Positions 41,680 through 55,159 of a stretch of 64,000 bases of DNA are shown here, piece by piece. Numbering within the stretch: the stretch's first letter is position 1; every line of letters begins with the position of its first letter. The stretch is from Octopus vulgaris (taxonomy: Eukaryota). The notes under the pieces are model-generated. The model searched no databases. It saw only the letters and a list, made by a program, of their open reading frames with translations, and was not told the origin of the DNA. The stretch is from contig OX597829.1 in NCBI GenBank assembly GCA_951406725.2, positions 32,612,001 through 32,676,000 of the forward strand. Direction: 5' to 3'. Position numbers and translations under genes: made by a program.

Positions 41680-44600
41680 TTTCGATTTCGGTTGAGTGTT
41701 CTGTGTCAAGTTCTGGAAATTGTGTTTTGTAAGCGACAGGCTACGCTGATGACCTTGCAGATATCTGCGTGTTTATATACGTAGATATTAGCAAGTGAAA
41801 CTAATGGTACGTAGGTAATCGTTTTTATTTCGTATGTTTTCATTTGTCTTGCTCATTTTTTACATTTTGGCGTTTTGCTGAGATTTTTTTCGTAGAGAGG
41901 GTGTTTTGGAGTCTCGCGAAGTACATCATGTAGACACATTGATTTTACCTCCGCATCGTTAAACTATATATATCTAACATTTGTCTAGGATATAAAAGTG
42001 ACGACGAGATATTCGAAGCTTGCGTCGGACGTTAAAAATATATATATATTATTTTATATTTTGGTACGAATCAAAGAAAAAATCATTAACATAGAAGACT
42101 TACTGGCTGCATGGTGCAGTTGCAACAGCAATAACAGCAGTTACAACAGCAGTTACAACAGCAGCAACAACAATACCAACAGATTCCGGAAGTCATGTTG
42201 ACGAAGTCTGAAAATAATTCAGGTTCGTTCTCGTTGGACGGCGTAGCAAACTCAATTGGAGAATTTATCTATAACCCACAAGTAGGTACTACTTTTCCTA
42301 CATATTTTAGAAGATACGAAGAAATCTTCAAAGAGGAATGTAAAAATTGGAATGACGAGAAGAATGTGCGACTACTTTTAAGAAAGTTATCCCCTGCCGA
42401 ACACGAAAAACACTGTAATTATATTCTGCCGAAGAAACCAGGTGGAAATTTGTTTCGATGAAACAATTAATTAATTATCGAGATTTTTTTAGTGAAAGAA
42501 GTTCCCTGTCCAATATTCGTTGGTAATGTTTAAATTTAGTTAAAAAGATGATGAAGATTTCGTCACCTATGTTGGGGGTCGTTAACAGAGAGTGTGAACA
42601 TTCAAATTAAATGAATTAACCCCGGATTTCTTCAAATGTCTAATTTTTGTTCAAGGGTTAACTGCAAGAAAAAATGCTGAAATATATTCCCGTATCTTAA
42701 CAAAATTAGAACAGGACCAAAAATTAACTAAGGCTGAAGAATGTCAGAGGATTATAAATTATAAGACATGACGCGGATAAAATTAAAGAAAAAGATTGCT
42801 CTCAGATACATGCGTGTCGACCTGAAGCGGATAAAAAAAAGGAAAAATGAACATCAAGACCAAATCCATGCTATGGGTGCGGAAGTTTACATTTTAGGAG
42901 TAATTGTCCTTTTAAAAATTGTAAACGTTTTGAGTGTGGGAAAATTGGACATAAAAGCTCACATTGTATAGCAAAACGAAAAAAAGGGTCAAACAAAACA
43001 AATCCTAGAAAGAATGTTTTGTTAACAAAAATTCTGAGCGAGGCTCAGAAAAGAAAATTTGTGCCCATAAAAATGAATAATGTGAATATCAAGTTACAAT
43101 TGGATACGGGTAGTGATGTCACGATAATTAATACAGATATATGGAGAAAAATAGGGAAACCTAGATTAAAGGAAACTTCGGAGATTCTGTGAGGTGTTTC
43201 AGGAAAAAAATTGCATTTTATGGGCGAAATGACAAGTAATGTTACATTTCGTGGGAAAACCTTGAAACCCAAAGCTTTTGTGTTGAAAAATACAACAAAT
43301 TTATTTGGAACAGACTGGATGGAACTATTTAACTTATGGGACCTCCCCATAAATATTTTTGGTAAAAATGTGAATTCTTCTTCCACCTGTACAAATAAAG
43401 CGTCGGAGGATTTAAAAAGAGAATTAAAAAAATATTTTCCGGAAGTTTTTTCTGAGGAATTGGGTCTTTGCACCAGAACAGGGTCGAAGTTTCAAGTGAA
43501 AGAAAACGCTATACCGGTTTTTAGATAAAAACAAACAATACCTTTCGCAGCGTTGAAACAAGTCAATGAAGAATTGGACAGACTTGAAAAGCTTGGTGTT
43601 ATAAAAAAAAAACTGATTTCACAAAATGGGTGTCCCCATGTCAAGAAAAAAAATAATAAAATCCGAATATGCGCTGATTTTTCAATGGTATTAAAAGAAT
43701 GTTTGGTGTCATATAATTACTTGTTACTAATTCCAGAAGAAATTTTCACGAAGGTGAATGAATGAAAATTTTTTTCAAAGTTTGGCCTATCTGAAGCATA
43801 TTGGCAGGTAAAAGTCGATGAGGAATGTTTAAAATTATTGACAATAAATACCCATAAAGGGTTGTATAAATTTAATCGACTCCTCTTTGGTATAAAGGTA
43901 GCACCTGGCATTTTCCAACAAGTTATAGACATTATGCTTGCAGTTTCAGATTTCGCTGTAGCTTACCTTGACGACATACTCATAAAAACGTGAACCTCGG
44001 GTTCAGCATGCTGAGCATGTTAAAAAGGTCTTCGAAAGAATAAAGATTATGAATTTAAGCTCAGCGAGGAAAAGTGCAAATTTTTTATGCCAAGAATAAA
44101 ATATCTAGGGCAAATTATTTATGATAATGGGCGCAGACCAGACCCGTCTAGGGCGAGCGCAATAAAAAATATGCCTCCTCCGACACACATTACAATGTTA
44201 CAAGCATTTTTGGAGCTCGCAAATTACTACCAGGTATACATACCGAATAGGCACGATTTAAGAGCATCACTGAATAACTTGTTAAAAAAAGACGTTAAGT
44301 GGAACTGGTCGGACAAATGCCAAAAAGCTTTTGAAGAAATTAAAAACATTTTAACGTCGGAATTATCGTTATCACATTTTGACCCGAATTTAGAAATGAT
44401 AGTGGCAGCAGATGCTAGTGAAAGTGGTATTGGAACTAAGATTTTACACAAATATGAAGATGGTAGTCTGAAAGCAGTAGCTCATGCTTCGTGTTCATTA
44501 TTGCCGGCTGAGAAAAGTCATAATCAAATAGAAAAAAGAGGCATTAGCCATCATATTTGCGGTAAAAAAAATGCCATAAATTTATACATGGAAGAAGGTT

Positions 44601-45030
44601 CCGCTTGCAGATAGACCGCAGCCCATTATTGTCGATCTATGGATAAAAAAGGGTATCTTCACACATACATCCAGCAGATTGCAGCGCTTGGAAACAATCT
44701 TACTGAATAACGACTTCAAAATGAAGTATTTGCCATCGAAAATATTGCAGATGGTTTGTCAAGGTTAATATCAAAATACAGCGAACCACTAGAAGACACT
44801 GATAGCGGTGCTGAAAGCCGAAAATGAAATTTAAAAAATATATTGTGCAATGTTGTGCAAGAATTGCCTGTAACATTGGAAGGAATAAAAATTAAAGCAG
44901 AGACGGACGAGTTCATCATAAAAATTTTAAAAACTAATGAGATTAGAAGAAACAAATAAAAAAATACGTGTGGCTGGACGTAATACACTTCTGTATTTGT
45001 ATTCGATATGTGATAATGTGCTTATGTATG
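41680..45030 (+). mobile_element. Gypsy (Mag/K02A2.6-like) LTR retrotransposon, decayed and truncated before the integrase core
   Basis: PBS-like gtgacgacgag (41998), gag TFPTYFRRYEEIF, knuckle-like ECGKLGH, protease QLDTGSDVT (~43100), RT YLDDILI (~43965) and RNase H ADASESGIG (~44410). Putative 5' LTR at ~41680-41990. Confidence 0.92.
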
Positions 45031-46202
45031 CACGCAAGAACCATGTAAACTTCAACAAAGCTGTAGTACGTTTTCTATTGCGGTTAACAAATGAATGCTT
45101 GTGCATATAATAACGATTCTTGAATGTGAATGTTTTAGCTTCATCACTGCTATTTGATTCAACCTTGGCACAGTTTATTTATTTCGCTTAATTTTCTATT
45201 ATTATTTGGTTTTATTTTTATATTTATAATTTTTATATTTAAAAAGTTTTTTAATTTTAAAAATTATTTAAATTTTCCAATTTTTTAATTTTTTGTAATT
45301 TGCTTAAATTTTAATTTGTTAATTTTTAATTCTCAGTTCTAACGTTAATCTTTTTAACGTTATTTTAAAATAACTTTTTTAATTTAATTTAAAGTTATAT
45401 TTGGCCTTCAATTTTATTTGGATTTTAAAATAACTTTGTTTGATATTTGATTTTGGTTTTAACCTCACATTTCCCGCTTTATCTTTTTTTAATACCCAAA
45501 TTTACCAAAGATTTTTCAACCTTTACATCATAATATAGTACTGCTGATTTCTCATTCATTTTTCTAATACAATTCCTTCACTTTGCGGGATAGTGCAAAT
45601 GACCAAATATTAAAGACTTAAGTTGATCATGTGAGTTAGTGGCTTATATCAAATCACAACTCAATATCTGGATAGTATTCGACCTGTAGATAGTATAAAT
45701 GTTTTCGTGTGTGATGACCCACTTTCAAACATTTATGGTTTTATGACGCTGTCTCCTTTTCTATCGAATGCCTCTCTTCCTCTATTCTTCTGATTTCTTC
45801 CTCTCTTCCTTTCTTTCATATTCCTCCCTTTCCTCTTTATCTCTCTTTCACTTACCTTATACCTATTCTTATTGTCTCTCTTCATTCCTCTGCCTATGCC
45901 CGTACCATTCCTTCAGTGTTCTGCTTGATCATAAACAGAAATGACTCTGATGAAAATAGCATTAACTGTTTGGGTTGTCCAATTTTCTCAGCTGATCAAT
46001 CGGCCGATTGAGAAAACCCATCAATAACAAACCTATAATGACTACTGAAAACGGCTGAATATCAAATTTATTACAGTAAATTTATTTATGCCTTATCTGA
46101 TACCTTGTCTGATACCTATATGGCTCCGAACTCTTCGCCCGATTTTTTGTCTCTCGCTTTTCTTCTCAACAACTTTTCCTCTTTCTCATTCCTCCTATGT
46201 TT

Positions 46203-46240
46203 TTCATCTGATGAAGGACCTAAGTCCAAAACGTTAGGGC
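46203..46240 (+). other. Degenerate hammerhead motif in a Penelope-like tail
   Basis: CTGATGA-a-ggac(ctaa)gtcc-AAAA-cgtt. GAAA is mutated and stem I pairs poorly. Confidence 0.5.
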
Positions 46241-46366
46241 CCTTTTTCTTTCCGTCTTTTAAATGTTTAACTAATGCAATACTTGATTACTTGTTTAAAT
46301 TTGCTAACCCTATGTTATTTTCGTTTTTTGTTCATTACACTTACATTATGCATTTTTATACACACA

Positions 46367-46406
<40 letters not shown>

Positions 46407-46836
46407 TTTACAGATACCTATATTTACACACACACATACAGATAACTAGATATATGAATACATACAGACATAAATGCTAATTCAAACATCCATATACACG
46501 AATACATCAACACAACCACACAGATACAAACACATAAACATACAGAGAAATAAACACCTACTCTGGGAGAGAAAACTCCACACGTAAACGCGCTAAGATA
46601 ACATTCAAATAATGACCAAGAGATCAAGGATAAAGAACGACCTGTAGACGATAAAAATGTAGAATTGTCAACGAAAGACGAAACACATAGTCACTTTAGA
46701 GATTAACCGAACTACAGGAAGAAGCTGGAGGTACCGATAAGACTGATCCTCGATCAACAAAATTCAACTGACAGAAAACCTGAATGTCCGTCTTGCTCCC
46801 TTTTTTCCTCCACCTAACTCTCCCTTCACTTTTTCC

Positions 46837-46893
<57 letters not shown>

Positions 46894-46997
46894 GGTGTGT
46901 GTGTATACTACTACTACTACTAATAATAATAATAATAATGATAATAATAATAATAATTATTATTATTATTATTATCATTATTATTATTATTATTATG

Positions 46998-47553
46998 AGA
47001 GAGCAGTGCATGCCATCAAAGTGACACTGGGGTAAAATATACGAAGCCCAATATACCCATCATGACTACCCGTCTGATAAAGGTACACCAGGCACATGCA
47101 TCACAACCATATGTGCGCGACATGGTGATCACATATCAAGATAAACAGCACATGACCTTGCAGGTGGGGCCCAGTTAGAATTTTCTTCAGGTTGAGTAGC
47201 CCATCCCGCTCAAAAGGTCCCTGAATAAGGGTTGTTTAAGGATGTTGAAAGAACCACCCATGTTTCCAGAGGTGAATTATTCAAACCCCAAAGAATCCCT
47301 CTCAACACATGGCTATGATGCTCCCCCACTACTTCTGCTCGTGATCAGAGATGCACATATCGTCAGCCACTAAGGGACATGCTCAACTGGTTAAGGTCAA
47401 ACAACTGACAAGCAAATCTGTGGTATTGAGCAGAATATTTGCTGTAGCCCATCTTTTATACCAAGACAAAACAATGTACATGATAACACTTCCAATCAGT
47501 TAAGATCAGAAGCCAGAAGCCATGAGAGCCACTGCCTGGTACTGCATCAGGGC

Positions 47554-47555
<2 letters not shown>
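46998..47555. mobile_element. ~550 bp non-coding dispersed repeat, copy 2
   Basis: Matches 18342-18846. Flanked on both sides by (TTA)n. Confidence 0.88.
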
Positions 47556-47635
<80 letters not shown>

Positions 47636-47844
47636 AATATTCATGAGAGAATCAGGTTCTTAAATGATATGCACCAGGTAGGATTGGATTAACCCGTGGT
47701 CAGCACCTATGGTCGATTAAATATATCCAGTAGAATGTACAGGTTGTGCACACAGAGAAAACCACCCCTACGAGTATCTACTGCCTAGGAGCTGGTCCAA
47801 ACAACACGTTGTGTTGATCATATGTTGCTTGGTATACTTCTGGG

Positions 47845-49109
47845 CAGTGTTTCCCAAACCCTTCGCGCCAAATTGCAATATCAACCACCTATCGGTCAAA
47901 AAATGTTCCATCGCCCACCTGTGTAAAAAAATCCTGACAACTTCCCCAGCACAAAGTCCCTAGCCGCCCCTGTATCATTTGACACACACACACACATTAT
48001 CGTAGACTCGTTGCCCTGTCAGTGCCGTTGGTATTAAATATGCGGTTGTTTACAAATCCTTTATTGTGGGTTTAGTTTTGCCATTAGTATCAATAAAATT
48101 CTAGCGTTAACTCTATATTTATCAGACAGATTAACTTCTGGAAACTTGCGCTCTCTTTTACACTGATTTTCATTTTCGCAAAAGAACCATTGATCCGAAC
48201 TACCGATGCAAAAATAATTAATGATTGAATTATAAAGGAAAAGAATAAAATTGTTTTAATGAGGACCATGTGTCTGGTGCGATGCAGCTAGTGCAGATAC
48301 ATTCGGTTTCAAACTTGTCAACTTTAGCTGCAAATCTTCTCGTTGTGTCACATCCAGTCCAATTCTTTTATGGGAAAGTAAAGTTCCAACATGGTTAAAA
48401 CCAGATTCAACCAGGTATGAGGTAGGGAAGGCAAACAAAAGTAATTTCAGATGTTTTCACAGTCTGGGGCAATATACTCTGATGGTACCACAAACCTTTG
48501 CCATTACGGCAATATCGCATTGTGGTGTCATTGTCATTTTGTAATTCTGTCAATTCCCCCTGAACGTCATCCTCGAAATCGATTGCATCCACCTCAAACG
48601 GATTGCTATACCAATTTGGAGCATTCAGCGGAATAACATCTTAAAATCGCTCCACCATGTTATCGTGCAATGATTGTAAATAGCTGCGATATGTAGTTAA
48701 ATCCTCATCAACCAATTCATCTTTTAAAGAATCAAGTTGTGGAAATTGACGTTTTGAAATGTTACTCCTAAACACCAATTTTGAAATGAAGGTAGTGATA
48801 AATGATTTACAATAAATGAGACTTTTTCTGTTTCCTTGCAATAACTCATTCAAATCATTTGATTTTGTGAGTATATCACAAAGAGAAAAAGATATCGCAC
48901 CTTGCAACCATCAATGAAGTGGATAGTGGAGTATCTTCAAAGCAAGATATGATTATACGAAACAATTCAACAAAGTGTAAAATACAGTTTCCTTTTGACA
49001 GCCACCGCACTTCGGTATGGTATAAGAGTTTAGTATGGTCCTCATAGTTTCTCAGACAGAGTTGAAGGAAAATTCGACCAGACAAGGCACAGGACTTCAA
49101 TTTGTTCAC
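47845..49109 (-). mobile_element. hAT Charlie/Buster-type transposon, 3' half
   Basis: LLYHTEVRWLSKG and FPTSYLVESGF (hAT dimerisation region). TIR cagtgtttcccaaacc at 47845. Confidence 0.9.
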
Positions 49110-49130
49110 AGAGAGAGAGAGAGAGAGGGT

Positions 49131-49181
<51 letters not shown>

Positions 49182-49194
49182 AAATTACTAACAG

Positions 49195-49796
49195 TGCTTC
49201 TTTCAGTTTCCGTCTACCAAATCCACTCACAAGGTTTTGGTCGGCCTGAGGCTCTACTAGAAGACACTTGCCCAAGGTACCACGCAGTGGGACTGAACCC
49301 GGAACCATGTGGTTGGGAAGCAAGCTTCTTATTTCTTATTTCTTTATTGCTCACAAGGGGCTAAACATAGAGGAGACAAACAAGGACAAACAACGGGATT
49401 AAGTAGATTACATCGATCCCAGTACGTAGCTGGTACTTAATTTATCGACCCCGAAAGGATGAAAGGCAAAGTCGACCTCGGCGGAATTTGAACTCAGAAC
49501 GTAAAGACAGACGAAATACCTATTTCTTTATTACCCACAAGGGGCTAAACATAGAGAGGTCAAACAAGGACAGACATAGGTATTAAGTCGATTACATCGA
49601 CCCCAGTGCGTAGCTGGTACTTAATTAATCGAAACCGAAAGGAAGAAAGGCAAACTCGACCTCGGCGGAATTTGAACTCAGAACGTAAAGACAGACGAAA
49701 CACCGCTAAGCATTTCGCCGGGTGTGCTAACGTTTCTACCAGCTCGCCGCCTTCTTACTACAGCAAGCTTCTTACTACACAGCCACTCCTGCGCCT
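49195..49796 (-). mobile_element. SINE family A interrupted by a SINE family B dimer
   Basis: TSD agcaagcttctta at 49319-49331 and 49762-49774 encloses two tandem family B units. Confidence 0.92.
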
Positions 49797-50277
49797 ATGT
49801 ATATGTATGTGTGTGTGTGTGTATGTATATATGTATTTATATATTACGTATGCATATATGTATGAAAGTATGAATAAACTTAGCATAAATTAAAAGCTAT
49901 ATTTTTGGTTACTCTACACCACGTTATTACCGATGTCTCTACTATGATATTATAAAATAGTCGAATATTTTATTTTATTTTATTTATTTTAGTTTTCAGT
50001 CAAAAATTTCAGATTGTTAACAAAGTAATTAAAGCTGAGTTAATTAACATTTTTATAATTAAATAATTATTTTTTAATCGGTTTCTGTTGCTGACATAAA
50101 ATATTTCCTATCGTCATGAAAATATCTCGAAGTTCTCTAGCCTCTCTCCAATTCTCTCTCTCCCTCTCTCTTTATATATACATATATATTCAGATACAGA
50201 AAGAGAGAGGGAGGGAGAGAGAGAGAGAGAGAGATACACAAACACACACACACATATATATATACATATATATATAC

Positions 50278-50356
<79 letters not shown>

Positions 50357-50545
50357 AATATATATACATATATATACACACATACACACTCACACAGACA
50401 CACACCCAAACACACGCACATTCTCTTTCAAGTTTTCTCGTAAATATAGTTATATTTTTATAACATATTTTTGTAAAATATTCGACATTTCTTAACACTT
50501 AATTCCATCTTGATGGAATTTCTTCCTCGCCTTCTAAGTATGTGC

Positions 50546-50576
<31 letters not shown>

Positions 50577-50841
50577 TGTATGTATGTATGTATGTATGTA
50601 TGTATGTATGTGTGTGTGTGTATGTATGTATGCATGCATGTATGTATGTGTATGTATGTATGTATGTATGTATGTATGTATGTGTGTGTGTGTGTATGTA
50701 TGCATGCATGTATGTATGTATGTGAGTGTATGTATGTATGTATGTATGTATGTGAGTGTATGTATGTATATTTGCATGTATATGCGTGTGTATATATGGA
50801 ATTGTGTTATGTATATATGTATATATATATGTACATATATA

Positions 50842-50877
<36 letters not shown>

Positions 50878-50882
50878 CATAT

Positions 50883-50940
<58 letters not shown>

Positions 50941-51002
50941 TTGTGTGTATATATATATATAAATTTATATATATATATATATTTAGAGGTCTTAGGCCAA
51001 CA

Positions 51003-51075
51003 GGTTTTAGGGCCTGACGATGCGCCATAAAGTTAAACCCTTCATGGGCGGAAACCCAGAGTAATCCTAAAAACC
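51003..51075 (+). ncRNA. Type I hammerhead ribozyme motif
   Basis: ggttttagggc-CTGACGA-tgcgccat...atgggcg-GAAA-c(ccaga)g-TA-atcctaaaaacc. Long stem I with a core-proximal C/A mismatch and a GUA cleavage triplet. Confidence 0.65.
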
Positions 51076-51467
51076 GGTCTTCCCCAGTAAAATACATGTG
51101 TGTGTGCGCGCGCGCTCATGCGTATATCTGAATTTATCTTTGTTCCCTACCATCATTTGATAATTTGTTTTGGTTATCTACGTTCCCGTAACTTAGCCGT
51201 TCGTTAAAAAGAATCCGAAAGATTAAGTGCTAGGCTTTAAAAATATGTACGGGGGTCGATTTATTTGACTAAATATGTCATAGCGTTACCCAGCGTAAAT
51301 GGTTTACGGCACAAAAGAAATCACTAAAATCATATTCGAAGTGGTTTATATGATTGGAAATATAATTTCGTAGTGTTCATGGTGTTATAGTGAGAGTTTG
51401 ATCAAAAACTTTGCAATTAAAAAAAGGGAGGAGAAAGGGTTTTCGAATATAAATAAAGTGGAAGTAT

Positions 51468-51852
51468 GGAAGCACTCCGTCGGTTACGACGACGAGGGTT
51501 CCGGTTGATCCGAATCAATGGAACAGCCTGCTCGTGAAATTAACGTGTAAGTGGCTGAGCACTCCACAGACACGTGCACCCTTAACGTAGTTCTCGGGGA
51601 TATTCAGCGTGACACAGAGAGTGACAAGGCCGGCCCTTTGAAATACAGGTACAACAGAAACAGGAAGTAAGAGTGGGAGAAAGTTGTGGTGAAAGAGTAC
51701 AGCAGGGATCACCACCATCCCCTGCCGGAGCCTCGTGGATCTTTTAGGTGTTTTCGCTCAATAAACACTCACAACGCCCGGTCTGGGAATCGAAACCGCG
51801 ATCCTATGACCGCGAGTCCGCTGCCCTAACCACTGGGCCATTGCGCCTCCAC
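51468..51852 (-). mobile_element. tRNA-derived SINE, family C, full length
   Basis: Head ggaggcgcaatggcccagtggttaggg...gtttcgattccc. Perfect 13-bp TSD aaagtggaagtat at 51455-51467 and 51853-51865. Confidence 0.95.
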
Positions 51853-52340
51853 AAAGTGGAAGTATACAAAAAGGAACGCTGTTTTTCATCCTGCTGTTAG
51901 CTTTGTTTCATTTTTTAAAAAATTAAAAATTTATTTTATAATTTATTATTGTTTATATTTTGAATTGCATATATATATGGAGGCGGGGCACCAGAATCTT
52001 TTAAGAGCTTAAGGCCTCTATGGATCTTAATCCAACCCTGGCGTTACCCCCCACCTCCCAGCATGGCCGCAGTCCAATAATTGAGAGAAGATAAGAAAAA
52101 TGTGTGTGTGTGCATGTGTAAATATATTTGTATGTGAGCGCGTGCGTAAATGCACACACACTCTACCTTCTGTCTTCATGTAAATCCTTCTACCTATTCC
52201 TCTTCACCACAATTACTCTCCCTACTGCATTCTCTCCCTCTTCGCCTTCCGTTTATTTATCAACTCATTTCTTTCCACATCATGTCTTTCGCAGTTGTTC
52301 CAAATCTTTGATATTTTCTACTCTTTCCCTCATTCATATC

Positions 52341-52375
<35 letters not shown>

Positions 52376-52745
52376 CTTTCTCTCTCTTATTCACATATGC
52401 CCTTTCCGTTATCTTCCCGTTCGCTATCTAGCATAGTCGTATGCATCTATCAAGTTATTTATATCTGTCTTTCTATTCACATGCACACACATACGCACAC
52501 ACATATATGTGCGTATGCATGTGTGTGCATGTGTGTACATGTGAGCATGTGTGTGTGTGTGTGTGTGCATACCTTAAGTATTTGCAGTCATTTATGTTGT
52601 ATTTCTGGTCCGTGAACTAGCGGTTCGACAGTGAACAACTGATGAATTAAGTAAGAGACTGGCTATGTGCAAAATTCTAGAGTAATTATAATGCAGAAAG
52701 GAAACGATGATTTTTCTTTTAATAAACTAAAGAAAAAACATCGAT

Positions 52746-52905
52746 AGGAGTGGCTGTGTGGTAAGTAGCTTGTCTACCAACCACATGGTTCCGGGTTCAG
52801 TCATACTGCGTGGCACCTTGGGAAAGTGTCTTCTACTATAGCCTCGGGCCGACCAAAGCCTTGTGAGTGGATTTGGTAGACGGAAACTGAAAGAAGCCCG
52901 TTGTA

Positions 52906-52969
<64 letters not shown>

Positions 52970-53170
52970 TGTGTGTGTTTGTCCCCTAGCATTGCTTGAC
53001 AACCGATGCTGGTGTGTTTACGTTACTTAGCGGTTCGGCAAGGGAGACCGATAGAATAAGTACTGGGCTTACAAAAGAATAAGTCCCGGGGTCAATTTGC
53101 TCGACTAAAGGCGGTGCTCCAGCATGGCCGCAGTCAAAATGACTGAAACAAGAAAAAGAGTAAAAAGAGT
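52746..53170 (+). mobile_element. SINE family A, near full length
   Basis: tRNA-like head, internal (TA)n and an aaaagagt tail. Confidence 0.92.
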
Positions 53171-53859
53171 ATATAGTACATTGTGCTTTTGTTAAATTAT
53201 ACAAAGCGGTAGTGGGTGCATTTATATCGCCACCGGCGTCACCAAAAGTGAACAAATCAACGTTAAAGGCGCGCATTGCAAGGATCTTTTAGATGTTGAT
53301 TGATGAGGAACTAGCTACGGAGTTTCTGTATGTTATGTCTTCGTAATATTTTCCGTTTGTATTCTAGTTAAATTTTTGAAATATTTATGTGTACGCTACT
53401 CACTCCTGTTTTGTTCTTTTTTACTCACTTATTTCTGTCTATTTCTGTCTCTTCATCCTTCTTTGTCTCTCTTTTGCCTTTTTCCCTCTCTCTTTTTCTC
53501 TCTTTCCCTCCCTAATACTCTATTTCTACTTCTTTTGTTCTAACTTTCTCTCTGTCCTCTTATTTTAACAGTCTTACAGGGAATTTTCATCTTTCTTTTC
53601 GTTACCCCATATTTGTCTGTCTTGCGGCCGCACGGCTGTTTTTGTTGTATTTGTATAATTTATTTTGTCCTGTTTGTTTTCGTCATTGTCTTGTACGTTC
53701 GTTGGTTATTCCACCAAAAGTGAACAATATCAACGTTAAAGGAGCGAAATTGTAATGGTCTTTTGGACGTTGACTGATGAGGAATTGGCTACGAATTTTG
53801 TTTGTTATGTTTTTGCAAAATTTTTGAAATATACATACATACATACATACATACATACA

Positions 53860-53954
<95 letters not shown>

Positions 53955-54404
53955 GCTTTATTCCCGCGCAGAAAAGACTATAGGAGAGTTGGTTTTCAGT
54001 GTTTAAAAAGCATCTTAAAACGAATTGTTTTAAATTATTTTAACAAATTTATCAAATCGTGTGTGTATGTGTATATATGTGTGTGTGTGCGTGTATGTGT
54101 GGTCGAATATCAAAACGAAGAGGGATTAATAAGAGGTTAAGAGATTAGTTATCCAGTTCACTACTACGAGAAGGATATTTTTCATCCGATCGATCGATTA
54201 ATGAAATAATACACACACGGGGGAAACTGAAAGAAGCCCGTCGTATATGTGTGTGTGTCTATGTGTGTGTGTATACACATATATGTATATATAAGTATGC
54301 ATGTATGTATATATATATATATATCAATAATACAGTGATTGTTTCTTGTCAGGAACAAAAAGATTAATAGAACTGCTATAGAAGTGCTCTATTGAAAGAG
54401 ACAA

Positions 54405-54813
54405 ATATATCAAACTAAGGTTATAGAACAAACAAATGCAAGGTCATCCGCATAACATTTCATAATTCGAACATTTAATCATAGAATATACATATAAACA
54501 TCCCGCAAGATGGAACGTAATTCATCTGTACAAGCATATAAGCATATAATAAGGTGCGAGAAAAAAGTTCATCACGGTTTAGAGTTAATACTTTAACGAT
54601 TCATATATATTTTTCTGAATCGTTAAAGTATTAACTCTAAACCGTGATGAACTTTTTCTCGCACCTTATTATATGCTTATATGCTTGTACAGATGAATTA
54701 CGTTCCATCTTGCGGGATGTTTATATGCATATTCTATGATTAAATGTTCGAATTATGAAATTTTATGCGGATGACCTTGCATTTGTTTGTTCTATAACCT
54801 TAGTTTGATATAT
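54405..54813. repeat. Near-perfect long inverted repeat with ~199-bp arms and a 12-nt spacer
   Basis: Arms at 54405-54603 and 54616-54813, with two substitutions and one indel by eye. Confidence 0.97.
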
Positions 54814-54829
54814 ATATATATATACATAC

Positions 54830-54907
<78 letters not shown>

Positions 54908-54935
54908 AAAGAAAAACAGGATGCAAAGGATTTTT

Positions 54936-55020
54936 CGGTACATATGTTTCTGGCTTTATTGAATAATTTATATCAATGCATAATTGATATAACATGTAGG
55001 TCAACAGCCTTCTTCAGCCG
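54936..55020 (-). ncRNA. Type I hammerhead ribozyme motif adjacent to a Penelope-like RT
   Basis: Minus strand reads cgg-CTGAAGA-aggct...agcca-GAAA-catatg-TA-ccg. Stem III is the palindrome acatatgt and the cleavage triplet is GUA. Confidence 0.65.
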
Positions 55021-55159
55021 CGTATAATTACCTCACCAAAGACATATATTACATTATAGCAGGTTTGAGAAAAAGTTTGGGAAGAAAACGAGTTTCATTG
55101 GGAAGGTAAGAGACCAAAGTGTACGTATACTGCTATATATATATATATATATATATATA

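Noticed and set aside
48256-49109. Host ZBED/SCAND3-like gene
   Set aside because: It is frameshifted, truncated and has a transposon TIR.
51775-51852. tRNA gene
   Set aside because: It is the tRNA-derived head of a SINE bounded by a TSD.
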